Source: an uncultured Pseudomonadota bacterium
Lineage (GTDB): Bacteria; Oederibacteriota; Muellerivitia; Muellerivitales; Muellerivitaceae
Assembly: GCA_963843375.1 (NCBI GenBank)
Contig: CAWJKT010000003.1
Coordinates: 1-64,000 of the forward strand
Direction: 5' to 3'
DNA length: 64,000 nt
In this document: piece after piece, positions 9,901 through 21,111 of the stretch
Position numbering within the stretch: the first letter of the stretch is position 1
Layout of the letters: each line of letters starts with the position of its first letter
Made by a program: the position numbers and the translations under genes
The notes under the pieces: generated by a model
Databases searched by the model: none
The model's input: only the letters and a program-made list of their open reading frames with translations
What the model was told of the DNA's origin: nothing

Positions 9901-12900
9901 AAGCTTCGCCTGTTTCTAGTGAAGAGCACATTCAAATGACACCCATTCCAAATGTCGCTGCGCTGGGCCTGCCGACCCCCGAAATAAAGATAGACGTTCC
10001 TCCCACTATTCCAAAGTTGCCGGATGCGAGGACTCTTCAGGTTCTCCAGTCCTATGCCGACCATCCGGTAGTTGACAACGACCCCGCTCATCTTCCCCCT
10101 CCCGCACAAACTGTAGCGATTTATCAATTTTGGGCTTGGTTCATTTGGTTGGGGTCTTTGATTCTTTTGGGATGGCTCGCCTTGCCGTTAACACTGCGAA
10201 TTTTGGCGCCTATGCCTGGTGGCGCCTATGCCTTGAGTAAAGTTCTAGGCATCTTCATGTTCGCATGGCTGGTTTGGTTCACCACGAGTATCAAAATTTG
10301 TCGGTTCACCCTTGGCTCCTGTTGGTTTTGGTTTTTGGTTTTAACCGCTCTGTCCCTTTTTTGGTTTTGGCGGGATCGTCGGTCGATTAAAACCCTTTAT
10401 TCCAAGTGGTCCAAGTCTTGGCTGATTCAGGAAGGCGCTTTTGCCCTAGCTTTTCTTCTTTTCACGCTCGTCAAAATCTATATACCTCATATCCATGACC
10501 CAGTGGGGGAAGGTTATAACGGAGGCGGGGAAGCGGGAATGGATTTTGGCTTTCTTTCCTCGGTAGTCAGGGGAGAAACTTTCCCGCCCCAAAATATGTG
10601 GATGGCGGGCGATCATATTCGTTATTCCTACTACTATGGCCATGTGGTCATGGGTATTTTGACCAAATTTTTGGGTTTGGTTCCCGCAGTGACTTACAAT
10701 TTGGGGCTCATTTCCTTGTTCGCCCTGATCTTTTCATCGGCCTTTGGGCTGGCTTTTGCCATTTCAGGTCGTTTAGTGAGCGGTGGAATCGCTGGGTTTT
10801 TGTGCGCTGCCGCCGGAAATCCGGCAGGGGCCAAACAGGTTTTCGAAGGCCTCCACCAAAGTTTCGTGTCCGGTCATTTATCGGCTTTTTCCGGCAGCCT
10901 ATCCAATTACGATTACTGGGGTCCCACCCGCGTCATTCCCAATAGCATCAACGAGTTCCCTTACTTCAGTGTCCTCTATGGCGATATGCATGCCCATACC
11001 CTGGCAATGCCTTTCGCCATGCTCCTTATCGCGGTAGTTTTTTCATTTTATTTGTCGCCTTCGAGCAAGCCCTTTTCTTTTTCTGGGGACTGGATCCGAT
11101 TTTTAACTTGTGGTTTTCTCCTGGGCGGTATTTTCTTCATGAACGCTTGGGATTTGGTGACTTGGTTCGTTCTAATTGGCTTGGCGCTTTTGGTGAGAAA
11201 TTTAGGCATCCTTAATGTGACCGGGTTGCGAAATGGTCTTGGTCTTTTACTGGGGATATTTGTTCTAGTACTGACCCTTCTGGGCTGGGTAGCAACATTG
11301 ATTCCCGGATTGGATCCGGCTGTATTGGGAGGGAAGACGCCAATTTTAATAGGGGCTTTTGCCTTGGGTTTTGTGATCGGAATAGTTTCTTTAATGAAGT
11401 CGAAATCTACGGCGATTCTTTCAAAACACCTGATCTCCATTGCGTTGACCATTGGCGGAATTTTATCTATGACGATTCTTCCGTGGCTTCCTTTGTTTTG
11501 GGGCTTTACACCGCAAAAAAGCGAAATCTTGTGGGTGACTCCCAACCTTCGGACGGCCCTTTACAATTTTATTGGAATTTATGGTTTCTTTCTGACGGTG
11601 CTTCTGGTGAGTTTTGTCGTGGTCTATTCAAAAAATATCGTGGGATGGATGGGAAAAGAGATAAAAGGAAAATGGAATTGGGACGATGTTTTCGATAAGT
11701 TGATCGATCGGTTGGAGGGCATAGCCCATCCCCAAGGCCCAATTCAAGGAATGTTATCTCTTGGTATCGCCACGATGATCCTGGTTTGGGGCGCCTCTTG
11801 GGTCCATTGGACATTCCCTGCGGACAAATCTATTTTTTCTCTTTTGATCGCCACGGTCGGGGCCGTACTTTTAGCAACGGCGGTCTATCGTAGTAACGTT
11901 TGGGGACTTTGGCTGGCTTTCGTTTTCGTCAGCCTGTTTTGGATGGCCCTTTTGGTTACGCATTTCATTCATCTTTTCCAGGATATGTCATTTACCTTGG
12001 GTATGATTCTCTTTTCGGTTCTTTGGCTTTTGGCTTTCCTTCATCTGGGGTTCGGGCTGCGTGTTTTGAAGGAGCGTGCTCTCTCCTTTGCTTATCTCAT
12101 GGTTTCGCTTTTCTTTTTTATTGTCGCGACTTTGGAAATTTTTGTCATGAGGGAATACATGGGGGGGGATTATTTAAGGAATAATTCACTTTTTAAGTTC
12201 GGGATTAACGCTTGGGAACTGGGCGCTGTCGCGACCGGCGTATTCATCCCGAAAATTTTCGATTTATTCGGCCTGTTGTTTAAATCCGTCAAAAAGGAAT
12301 CATCTTCCGCGAGACGGGGAATGACATTTCTCTCGGCTTTCTTTTTGTTTTTCCTTCTTCGCATCCTGCTCGACAGTTTTATGCCTTCTTTCAACGTCAC
12401 TGTTATTTCAGCTTTAAATGTACTCTTCATCGGCGGGATTTTGGGATGGAGCTTAATTGAAAACTGGATCAAGGATTCCACCCTGAGAATCATTGCCATT
12501 GGGTTCGGAATTTTGTTCATCATCTATTCCATCATTCCCATACTTCCTTCGGCTCCTTATGGAACACTTTTGGCTTTGGCGCAAAGATGGACCGAAGACT
12601 TTAACGTTGAAGTTTTATTCCCGGTACTTTTGGCTTTGTTGGGAGTTGGGCTTTACCGAATGATTCAAGAGAGAAAGAAAAACACGGGCCGGATGCTGGT
12701 TTTCCAAAGTTGGCGTGCCTTGTTGATGGTTTTTGGACTTATGATAATGGTTTATCCTATTGCGGCAACTATCCGAAAATGTCACGGCTTTTTAGACCGG
12801 TATCGGCAACAGTGGACAAGTACCGTTGAGAATTTAACCTTGAACGGTATGGCATATATGCCCTTGGTGAATCCTTATGACGCAGCCGCTATTCGTTTTT

Positions 12901-13307
12901 TGAACGATCATATCCCTGACCAACCCTGCCTAGTGGAGTTCGTTGGGGAAGGTTATAATTCGTGGGGTTCCAGGTTCTCAATTTTCACGGGAATTCCGGC
13001 CTTAATGGGGTGGGATGGACATGTGCATGAATGGGTGACGGGGCGGCCTGATTTGGGCGAGGATGTCGATAAACGGTTTCAGGCCACAGAGCAAATCTTT
13101 CGAACGCCCGACCCCCTTTTGGCCAAGAAATACCTGGATGCCTATGGCGTCAGGCTTGTCATGGTGGGGACTGTGGAGCGAAACGGAGTCCCGGGCCGAA
13201 AAGGCGGGTATCCCCCCGAAGGATTGGCCAAATTTTCAAGCTTTTTGCCCCTAATTTACCGCAATCCTCAAGTGGAAATTTATTATAATCCACCCCCGAC
13301 AAACTAA
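6989..13307 (+). CDS. Giant (~2100 aa) fusion of a GT39/PMT_2-like GT-C and a DUF2298 (Chlor_Arch_YYY) domain; frameshifts at ~8890 and ~9490
   Basis: N-terminal FHPDER motif, KFVRYMVP, YPVTSRYY..W.G.LG...AEESFSVYDHP, then MDFGFL..PPQNMWMAG..YYYG, INEFPYFS..YGDMHAH, LFKFG, FTGIPALMGWDGH; the three ORFs join across small indels. Confidence 0.75.
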
Positions 13308-13355
13308 TCGTCTATAGTCCTGATTCCTTAACCAGTTTTTGAGGAGGCTTTTTAG

Positions 13356-15881
13356 ATGGGGGATATTTTAATCTGGTGGCTGGTGTTGTTGGTTTTGGGA
13401 CTAGTCACATTTCCCATTTCTTTTGTAGCTTTGAAACATTTTCCGGATAAAGGTTATGTTTTCAGCAAGGTTTTAGGGCTTTTATTGCTGGGATACCTCT
13501 ATTGGCTTTTGGGTTTCGTGGCCTTTAATGGCGCCACCCTTTTTCTGGCCTTTCTTATTGTCGGCGGAATCTCCGCAACTCTTTTGGTCACCTGGATTGG
13601 CAAGCCTTTCTTCGAGTTTTTCAAAAAGAACATAGGCTTTTTTCTGTTGATGGAGTGTTTTTTTCTCACCGCTTTTTTGGTGGCGGGTGCTTATAAAATG
13701 CGAACATTTGAAATTGTAGGTACGGAAAAACCCATGGATTTTGCCATGATTAACGGCATACTGGCTTCGCCTTCCATGCCGCCACAGGATCCTTGGCTTT
13801 CGGGTGGGAGCATTTCCTACTATTACTTCGGTTACTTTATTGTAGCGATGCTGTGCCAAATAACTTCCGTCTTTTCCGTCACCTCGGGGGAGGCCTATAA
13901 CCTGGCTGTGGCGCTGGTTTGGGCGCTGGCCGCCGTTTGTACCTTTTCCTTGGGATTCGCACTTACCCGCCGTTACCGATATTCTCTTTTTTCCGCAGCC
14001 TGCCTGGTTTTGTTCGGGAATTTGGATTATTGGCATAGGGCCATCCAAAGCTTTCTTATCGGCGACCTGACTATTCCTTATTACAACCGCCCTCCCAATC
14101 CCGGGGCTCCAACGGGAATCGGAGCTTTTTTCAGCTTTCTTTTTAGCCCCCTTGATCATGGTTGGGATTACTTCCAGGCTTCCCGCATAGTCCCGGTTCC
14201 CCCGGCGGATAAGTTGATCAATGAATTTCCTTCCTTTAGTTTTTTTCTGTCGGATTTGCATCCCCATGTGATGGCCATTCCCTTTGTCCTTCTGGCCATC
14301 GCGATCGCATTCAACCTTCTCAAAGCGCCTCTGCCGAATTTAGGGATTTTTGGGGGACAAAAAGTCTGGCAATTTGCCCAATGGATTTTAATCGCCCTTG
14401 TTTTCGGAGCCTTGTCCTTCATGAACAGCTGGGATTTCCCAACTTTCATGTTTTTATTGGGTATCTGCCTATTCCTTCAACAGTGGTGGACTAACGAGAA
14501 AAAATTGGAAACATGGTTCAAGGCCGTGGTAACTCTGGGGGTTCCGATTGTCCTGGGGGCTTTTGCCTTTTACATGCCTTTTTATTTGAGGTTCCAATCC
14601 CAAGCCAAGGGCTTGGGGGTCGTAAGTGACCGTACAGACCTCTATTACTTGGCGATTATCTTCGGACTTTTCTTTACGATCATTATCCCTTCCATTATTG
14701 GTAAAGCCCTGTCCCCCAAAACAGTCGAAAAAAATTCAAAAAACAAGACTAAATCCAACCAAGAACTCGAATGTGTCGTTTGTGGACGAGAAGGCGCGGG
14801 GAAGAAATTTTGCGGTTATTGCGGAGGGGAATTGGCCCTGCCGACACAATCCGACGTTGCGGCCTTCCCGGACGACGGGTTTCGAAACGGACTTCAAAAA
14901 GCCGGAAGGTTGTTTTATTCGAGCACCGACCCCTACCGGGGTTGGATGGCCTTGGGTATTGTTCTTCTGGTCTTGTTGAGTCTAAATTTCGGTTTTTTAA
15001 AACTCTCAACATTAATCTTGGGGCTTCTCTTCGTTTTCTTTTCTTTAATAGCCTTGGCGTCCAAAGCCGAATCAAAAGAGTTGATCTTTACGATTTTGAT
15101 GGTGCTAATAGCCTTTCTTCTGCTTTTTGGTTGCGAAGTCCTTTATATCCGGGACCATTTCTCCGATAGCGCACTTTACCGGATGAACACCGTATTTAAG
15201 TTTCATTATCAGGTCTGGATTCTTTTCAGCTTAGCCTCCGGTCCGCTCTTGAAATGGCTGATGGAAAACCAATGGCCGCAGTGGGTTGGCTGGAAAAAGG
15301 GGGTTTGGACGGCCTTTGCCCTCTTTACCTTGATCGGGGCTTCCTTCTATCCTGTTATGGCTTTTACAGCCCGCATGCGTGGTTCTTCACCGGATACTGT
15401 TACCATGGATGGGGAATTGTATTATGAACACACATTTTCAACGGATTACGCCGTGGCCCAATGGATCAAGCAAAACGTGAAGCCGGCGGGCAAGAAGATT
15501 CCAGTGATTCTGGAGGCCTGGGGCGGTTCCTACCATCAGGAATACGCGACTCTTGCCACCATGACGGGTTATCCTACTGTTTTGGGTTGGGATTTCCACG
15601 AAGCTCAATGGCGCGGTTCCTGGGACAAGCCCGCCATCCGCGGCGGCGACCCGCAGGATACGGTTTTTCAAAGGCGAACGGACGTGGATACGATTTATAC
15701 TTCTGCGGACATCAATCAAACGCGTGATCTCTTGAGGAAATACGCAGTGGATTACGTTTATGTGGGTGATATAGAGCGGGAGAAGTACAAGGACCATCCG
15801 GAGAATCTGAATAAGTTTTCCCAATTGGGGCCGGTTGTCCAGCAAGTCGGAAGTTCGATTCTTTGTAAAATTAACCCGTAA
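13356..15881 (+). CDS. DUF2298 / YYY membrane protein (GT-C-like) with an internal zinc ribbon
   Basis: GAGGAGG RBS; GTEKPMDF, PPQDPWLSGGSISYYYFG, INEFPSFSF..DLHPH, RMNTVFKFHYQVW, TGYPTVLGW..HE.QWRG, YVYVG..ER. Confidence 0.85.
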   Translation: MGDILIWWLVLLVLGLVTFPISFVALKHFPDKGYVFSKVLGLLLLGYLYWLLGFVAFNGATLFLAFLIVGGISATLLVTWIGKPFFEFFKKNIGFFLLMECFFLTAFLVAGAYKMRTFEIVGTEKPMDFAMINGILASPSMPPQDPWLSGGSISYYYFGYFIVAMLCQITSVFSVTSGEAYNLAVALVWALAAVCTFSLGFALTRRYRYSLFSAACLVLFGNLDYWHRAIQSFLIGDLTIPYYNRPPNPGAPTGIGAFFSFLFSPLDHGWDYFQASRIVPVPPADKLINEFPSFSFFLSDLHPHVMAIPFVLLAIAIAFNLLKAPLPNLGIFGGQKVWQFAQWILIALVFGALSFMNSWDFPTFMFLLGICLFLQQWWTNEKKLETWFKAVVTLGVPIVLGAFAFYMPFYLRFQSQAKGLGVVSDRTDLYYLAIIFGLFFTIIIPSIIGKALSPKTVEKNSKNKTKSNQELECVVCGREGAGKKFCGYCGGELALPTQSDVAAFPDDGFRNGLQKAGRLFYSSTDPYRGWMALGIVLLVLLSLNFGFLKLSTLILGLLFVFFSLIALASKAESKELIFTILMVLIAFLLLFGCEVLYIRDHFSDSALYRMNTVFKFHYQVWILFSLASGPLLKWLMENQWPQWVGWKKGVWTAFALFTLIGASFYPVMAFTARMRGSSPDTVTMDGELYYEHTFSTDYAVAQWIKQNVKPAGKKIPVILEAWGGSYHQEYATLATMTGYPTVLGWDFHEAQWRGSWDKPAIRGGDPQDTVFQRRTDVDTIYTSADINQTRDLLRKYAVDYVYVGDIEREKYKDHPENLNKFSQLGPVVQQVGSSILCKINP

Positions 15882-15910
15882 GGGTGAAATTAAATTTGAT
15901 GGAGGATGGC

Positions 15911-16934
15911 ATGAGGATCGGCGAACGTGAAGTAACCTCGAAGGATTTAGTTTTGGCCGCAATTTTAGTCCTGGTGGCGGGAACGGCCATCTGGGCGATG
16001 TTGAGGTCGGGTCCTAAGCCCAAGATTGGAGTACCAGGGGTTGGATTAATCATAATGCAAGGTGGTCAACCTGGTTCGGGAGCAGGCCAATTCGCTTATC
16101 CCAGGGGTGTTGCCGTGAACAGCGATGGGGATATTTTCGTGGCGGACAGCCGAAATAACCGTATTCAAAAATTCGCAGCTAAGGATTGGCAATTCCTAAC
16201 CGAATTTGGCGGACTTTTTGACGCTGCGAAGTCGTCAAATGGCGATCCCAAAAAATTAATTACGGATGCGCTGGGTAAGCTTCATGAGCCCAACGGAGTG
16301 GCGATCGGGCCGGATGATATGGTTTACGTCATCGACACATGGAACGGCCGTATCGAAGTTTTCAATTCCAATGGCAAACCGAAGTTTGCTTTTACCGCGG
16401 ATGATGGTTTTTTTGGACCCCGCGAAATCGTAGTGGATCCTAGCGGTTCCTCCTATGTGGCTGATACTGGCAAGCACCGAATCGTCAAGTTTGACAAGAG
16501 CGGTAAAAAGATCCGGGCTTGGGGCATGAAGGGTGATAAACAAGGGGAGTTCAACGAACCCATTGGTCTTGCTTTGGACCAGGCCGGAAACCTTTATGTG
16601 GCGGATCGGCTCAATTTCAGGATTCAAGTCTTTACCTCAGACGGACAATTTATCCGGGATTGGAAAGTCGACGGGTGGTCGCCAGACCAGATCGACATGG
16701 AACCGCACCTAGCGCTCGACCAGGCCCATGGCATAATTTACGCAACGGATGGAAGGGGTAAGAAGATTTATTGCTACAAGTTGGACGGGACCTTGGTTTC
16801 AACACTCGAAAACAACACCAATGGCTCGCCTTTATTCACGGTCCCTATCGGGGTTGCGGTTGATAAAGACGGAAATCTCTATGTCGATGGACGCTGGATC
16901 CGGCAAACTGCTTAAATTAAAGGGGCAGTTTTAA
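15911..16934 (+). CDS. Membrane-anchored NHL-repeat beta-propeller protein 1 (frameshift at ~16888)
   Basis: GGAGG RBS before ATG 15911; N-terminal TM helix; repeats GQF.YPRGVAV...G.IFVAD..N.RIQKF; C-terminus continues in the 16749..16934 frame. Confidence 0.85.
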
Positions 16935-17052
16935 AAGAGTAAATTAAATCTCACATTGAAATGGGAATGATGAATATTTCCGTTTATCGGAAATTTTCAT
17001 TCTTTTATTGTAAGAGATTTGAAATTAAAAATTATTATTTTGTGGGGGCGGG

Positions 17053-18099
17053 ATGGCGAAACTCAAGGTGAAATCGGCCAAGAAAAAGAATTGGGAAAAA
17101 ACCAGGAAAGAAAATCCGTAAAAAGATTTCCGGAAGGGGATGTGAAGATTCTTATTCTTGTTTTCTGTCTTGGGTTTGTTGCTTGGCATGACTTTCTTGG
17201 TCCAGAACTTGACCGAGGCTATCAACGCATCCCGCTCTATCCAAGTGGCAACGGATATGGAAATAGGGTCTCCGGGGGACGGTCCAGGCCAGTTTAAAGA
17301 ACCCCAGGACGTGGCGACGGATTCCCAGGGCAATTTTTACGTGAGTGATTTTAGCGGCCATCGGGTCCAAAAATTCGATCACAAGGGCGCACCGATTTTT
17401 TCCATTGGGAAAGAGGGCAAGGATGACGGCGAATTCGAGCAGCCCAGCGGTATTTACGTGGACGGTCAGGGCAATATTTATGTCTGCGATACTTTCAACC
17501 ATCGGATTGAAAAATTTGATTCCGAGGGCAATTTCGTGAAAACTTGGAGTCGCAGCTTTTTCGGACCCCGTTCCATTGTCGTTAGCCCCCAAAACCGGGT
17601 CTATGTGTCGGACACGGGGAACCACAAAATCCAAGTATTCGATTCGGAGGGAAATTTTATCCAGGAATGGGGTGGTTTCGGAACTCAAGCCGGCAAATTT
17701 CGTGAACCAGTGGGAATTACGGCCGACCCACAGGGAAATATCTATGTCGCCGATTCGGATAACCTTCGGATCCAGAAATTCGATTCCAACGGAAAATTCA
17801 TCGCTGCTTTTAAAATCTCCTCCTGGAAGGGAAAGAATGACGAAGTGCCTTACCTGGCCTTCGGCCAAGGGTTCCTTTATGCCAGCAACTCAAGCCAAAA
17901 TACGGTTCTGAAAATGGACCCGAACGGAAAACTAATAGCCATCTGTCGTAAGAACAACCGGGACGCTAAAAAGGACGGGGAGGGCTTTTCACGGGCGGCC
18001 GGCGTGGCCGTCGACAGCCAAGACAATGTTTATGTCGTCGATAAGGGAAATGGGAAAATAGCCCGGTTCACCGTACCTTTGGCCCCGCCTGATAAATAA
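17053..18099 (+). CDS. Membrane-anchored NHL-repeat beta-propeller protein 2 (5' end disturbed by probable indels)
   Basis: Repeats GQFKEPQDVATDSQGNFYVSD..HRVQKFD etc. in ORF 17158..18099; probable Lys-rich N-terminus from ATG 17053 plus a TM helix; start uncertain. Confidence 0.8.
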
Positions 18100-18144
18100 C
18101 CTAAACTCCGAAACGAAAATTTATTCATTTATTTGTGAGGTTTT

Positions 18145-18876
18145 GTGAAATCCACTCCTTTCAAAAAAACTATCATTGTGGTCCCGACCTACAACGAGAA
18201 GGGCAACGTTGATAACGTCTATCGGCAAATTTTCAAGGCCGCTAAATCCTGCCATTTATTGATCGTGGACGATAATTCCCCCGATGGGACGGGTTATATA
18301 GCCGACAGAATCGCCCGAAAGGACAAACGAGTTTTTGTGCTACACCGCGAGGGAAAGCTGGGCCTGGGTTCGGCCTACGTTGCGGGTATGAAATACGCTC
18401 TTGAAAAGGGGTATCAAAACGTCATCGCTATGGACGCCGATTTGTCCCACGATCCCACCAACTTGCCACGGATGCTGGAACTGATTAAAAGTCACGATTT
18501 AGTGATTGGCTCCCGCTACGTGAAAGACGGAGGCATGGTGAATTGGAATGCCCGTAGGTTCCTCATCAGCCAATTGGCCAATCTTTTTTGCCGTTCATTT
18601 TTGGGACTCAAGCAAGCCGATTGTTCGGGGGGATTCAAATGTTATCGGTCCACGCTCCTCACTAAAATAGGGATGGATCAGATTTTTTCGCGGGGCTATA
18701 ACTTTCAGGTGGAGATTCTCTATAGGGCTGTAAGGGCGGGGGCTAAGATTATGGAGATACCCATTGTTTTCGTGAATCGGCACGAGGGGGAGAGCAAACT
18801 AAGCCCCGGGGAACTACTTGCCTTCGGTTGGACCATCCTGAAACTGCGCCTTCTATCATGGACGGGCGGAGTTTAA
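18145..18876 (+). CDS. Polyprenol monophosphomannose synthase (Ppm1/DPM1-like GT2)
   Basis: VPTYNE, VDDNSPDGTG, KLGLGSAY..G, MDADLSHDP, IGSRYV..G, GY.FQVE, EIPIVF.NR..GESK. Confidence 0.9.
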   Translation: MKSTPFKKTIIVVPTYNEKGNVDNVYRQIFKAAKSCHLLIVDDNSPDGTGYIADRIARKDKRVFVLHREGKLGLGSAYVAGMKYALEKGYQNVIAMDADLSHDPTNLPRMLELIKSHDLVIGSRYVKDGGMVNWNARRFLISQLANLFCRSFLGLKQADCSGGFKCYRSTLLTKIGMDQIFSRGYNFQVEILYRAVRAGAKIMEIPIVFVNRHEGESKLSPGELLAFGWTILKLRLLSWTGGV

Positions 18877-19093
18877 GTCTCATCCTTCCGATTCTTTTTA
18901 CAAAAAAAGCCGGGGCGCTTTTTCAATTTCAACTCGGGACAATTAAAAGAAGCAAAGTTTTATGAGGCTTGCCTGAGTGCCTAATAATTTGTGCGTCTTA
19001 GAGAAGTACTGAAAAAAGGCCCATTTAATTTCCCTTAACCCCCGGAAATAGGTAACATTAAAAGGCCTTAAAACTTTTCTTCATGGATTTTAA

Positions 19094-20188
19094 ATGCCTT
19101 TTCTTAGCCGCGATCATCTGCAGAAAATGCGTTTCCGTCAACAACTGTTGACCCAAGAAATTCTCATGTATCAGCGCGTGATGGAAGGTCTGCGCAAAAA
19201 CTTGAAGTTTGACAGCCTCTTGAAGCTTATTATTGATTCCGTCCGTAAGGGCATGAGGTTCAAACGGGCTGGGATATTTCTGGTCGAACCGGATGGAAAA
19301 AGAGTAAGACTGGCCCTGGGGGTTAATCCATCGGGTCGGTATGAACAGCACCAGAAAAGCCGACCCCTTTACCAGTTGACTGGAAAGGACATGTTTTCGC
19401 ATTTAGTATTCGGAGAAAAGAAGTATTTTTTCACGAACAACTATACGAAAAATATGGCGAATAAAACCTGGGAAAAGAAACTCATTGTCCGAAACAACGC
19501 GGCGGTTCCTATCCATTTGGGCCACAATCGGGTGACCGGTATCTTGGTGGTGGATAACTTAGGGGTGAACAGGCCCATTACTCGTACCGATATTTCTACG
19601 CTACTTAACTATGCCACCCAAGTGGGTTTGGCCCTCCAGTCATTGAAAGCCCATGAACAGATACTCAACCTGACGGTCACAGATCCGCTGACGGGTCTCC
19701 GGAACCGGCGGTTTTTCGATCAAGCGTTGGATATAGAAATTAAGCGTTGTCAAAGGTATGGCCGGTCTTGCTGTCTTGTAATGGGGGATTTAGACCATTT
19801 CAAGCGTATCAACGATCGTTACGGTCATGCCGCCGGAGACGAGGTCCTGAAGCATGTGGCAAACCTTTTGCGAGATTCGGTACGCAGTGTGGACATCGTT
19901 GCTCGAATCGGCGGCGAGGAATTCGCCATTCTTCTGCCTGAAACCCCACCTCATAATGTTTTTGTGGTCACCAAAAGGATATTACGGCTGATTAGGGAAT
20001 CCAAGCTGCCCATCATGAAGATGAATTCGGGAAATCATAAAATAACCATCAGCCTGGGGATCGCCAGTTATCGTGGTGGAAACGTTAAGCCCCAACAATT
20101 TATAAGATTGGCGGATAAAAGCCTCTATCAGGCTAAGCACCGTGGCCGCAACCGGTCGGGTTCTGTTCAGGTTATCCAAACCGAATGA
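19094..20188 (+). CDS. GAF-domain diguanylate cyclase
   Basis: N-terminal GAF-like domain; TDPLTGL.NRR, DLDHFKRINDRYGH, RSVD I-site, GGEEF. Confidence 0.92.
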   Translation: MPFLSRDHLQKMRFRQQLLTQEILMYQRVMEGLRKNLKFDSLLKLIIDSVRKGMRFKRAGIFLVEPDGKRVRLALGVNPSGRYEQHQKSRPLYQLTGKDMFSHLVFGEKKYFFTNNYTKNMANKTWEKKLIVRNNAAVPIHLGHNRVTGILVVDNLGVNRPITRTDISTLLNYATQVGLALQSLKAHEQILNLTVTDPLTGLRNRRFFDQALDIEIKRCQRYGRSCCLVMGDLDHFKRINDRYGHAAGDEVLKHVANLLRDSVRSVDIVARIGGEEFAILLPETPPHNVFVVTKRILRLIRESKLPIMKMNSGNHKITISLGIASYRGGNVKPQQFIRLADKSLYQAKHRGRNRSGSVQVIQTE

Positions 20189-20224
20189 GTCTTTTTAAAA
20201 ATTAATGGTGGTGGAGGAAAGAGG

Positions 20225-20995
20225 TTGAAACCGTATTTTCGTGCCGGCGGATTATTGGTTTGGCTGGTAATTTATTTTGTTACCCTATCGGTCAGAGGAG
20301 AAGCGCCTTATACAGAAGTTTACCTTCAAGACCACCGATGTCTGGTGGTAGAACCAGCAGGGCTTCCTTCCGACGCGCCGGTGGTTCTTATGCTGCACGG
20401 TTTTGGAACCAACGGACTCGAACTGCTTCATCTTTGCGATGAACTCGACATTCCTCCTTGTCTTTTTGTCCTCCCGGATGCTCCCCTCCGAGTGCCACAT
20501 ATGGCCTCCGGAGCCCATGCTTGGTATGACCGCTTTACCCACAACTATCAGGATATGAAAAAAAGCCGAGATTACCTTTTTGCGGTTATGGACCATTTTT
20601 CAAAGGATCTTCCAAACCCTATCGATCCCGGAACTCCCGCAAAACCAAGGCCTGTGATCATCATGGGTTTTTCACAAGGAGCCGTCATGTCGTTGGAGGC
20701 AGGGTTGAATTATAAGGGGAATATCAAGGCAATTGTTTCGATGAGCGGCTACATTGAATATCCAAGTAAAACAATGGCCCATCCTTCGGCCCCTGCTCAA
20801 ACGCCTATTCTTTTGGTGCGTGGAGAATGGGACCCGGTTATCCAGGAGGATGATACACAGGAAACGATGAGCGTGTTAAAACGGGCCGGGTATCATCCGG
20901 TTTTAAAAGAATTCCGGATGGGTCATCAAGTGACTTATGCCACCGTCATGGCTGTTTCGATGTTTCTCCAAAGCATTCTTGATAAAAATCCTTGA
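20225..20995 (+). CDS. Alpha/beta hydrolase (phospholipase/carboxylesterase family), possibly exported
   Basis: LHGFG, GFSQG nucleophile, DPVI, MGH triad; hydrophobic N-terminus. Confidence 0.85.
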   Translation: MKPYFRAGGLLVWLVIYFVTLSVRGEAPYTEVYLQDHRCLVVEPAGLPSDAPVVLMLHGFGTNGLELLHLCDELDIPPCLFVLPDAPLRVPHMASGAHAWYDRFTHNYQDMKKSRDYLFAVMDHFSKDLPNPIDPGTPAKPRPVIIMGFSQGAVMSLEAGLNYKGNIKAIVSMSGYIEYPSKTMAHPSAPAQTPILLVRGEWDPVIQEDDTQETMSVLKRAGYHPVLKEFRMGHQVTYATVMAVSMFLQSILDKNP

Positions 20996-21111
20996 CGTCA
21001 AACGTTTGTTGACCAGAAGGTCCGATCCCCAGGTAAGGCCTAAAATTTTTCCGGTAGCATTCCTGGATGTTATAAAGTGGGGCATCCAATTTTTTGTGAA
21101 AAGAGAGGACT

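Noticed and set aside
13482..14267. Long antisense ORFs (261 aa here; also 17152-17868, 45755-46486, 62485-63246)
   Set aside because: Lie opposite well-supported genes and have no motifs
18877..19093. Possible c-di-GMP riboswitch upstream of the diguanylate cyclase
   Set aside because: Consensus GEMM elements and paired stems could not be identified by eye
20992..21003. TTGACGTCAAAC, also at 27399-27410, as a shared operator
   Set aside because: Only two copies; repeated 10-bp palindromes are expected by chance in 64 kb, and this copy overlaps a stop codon
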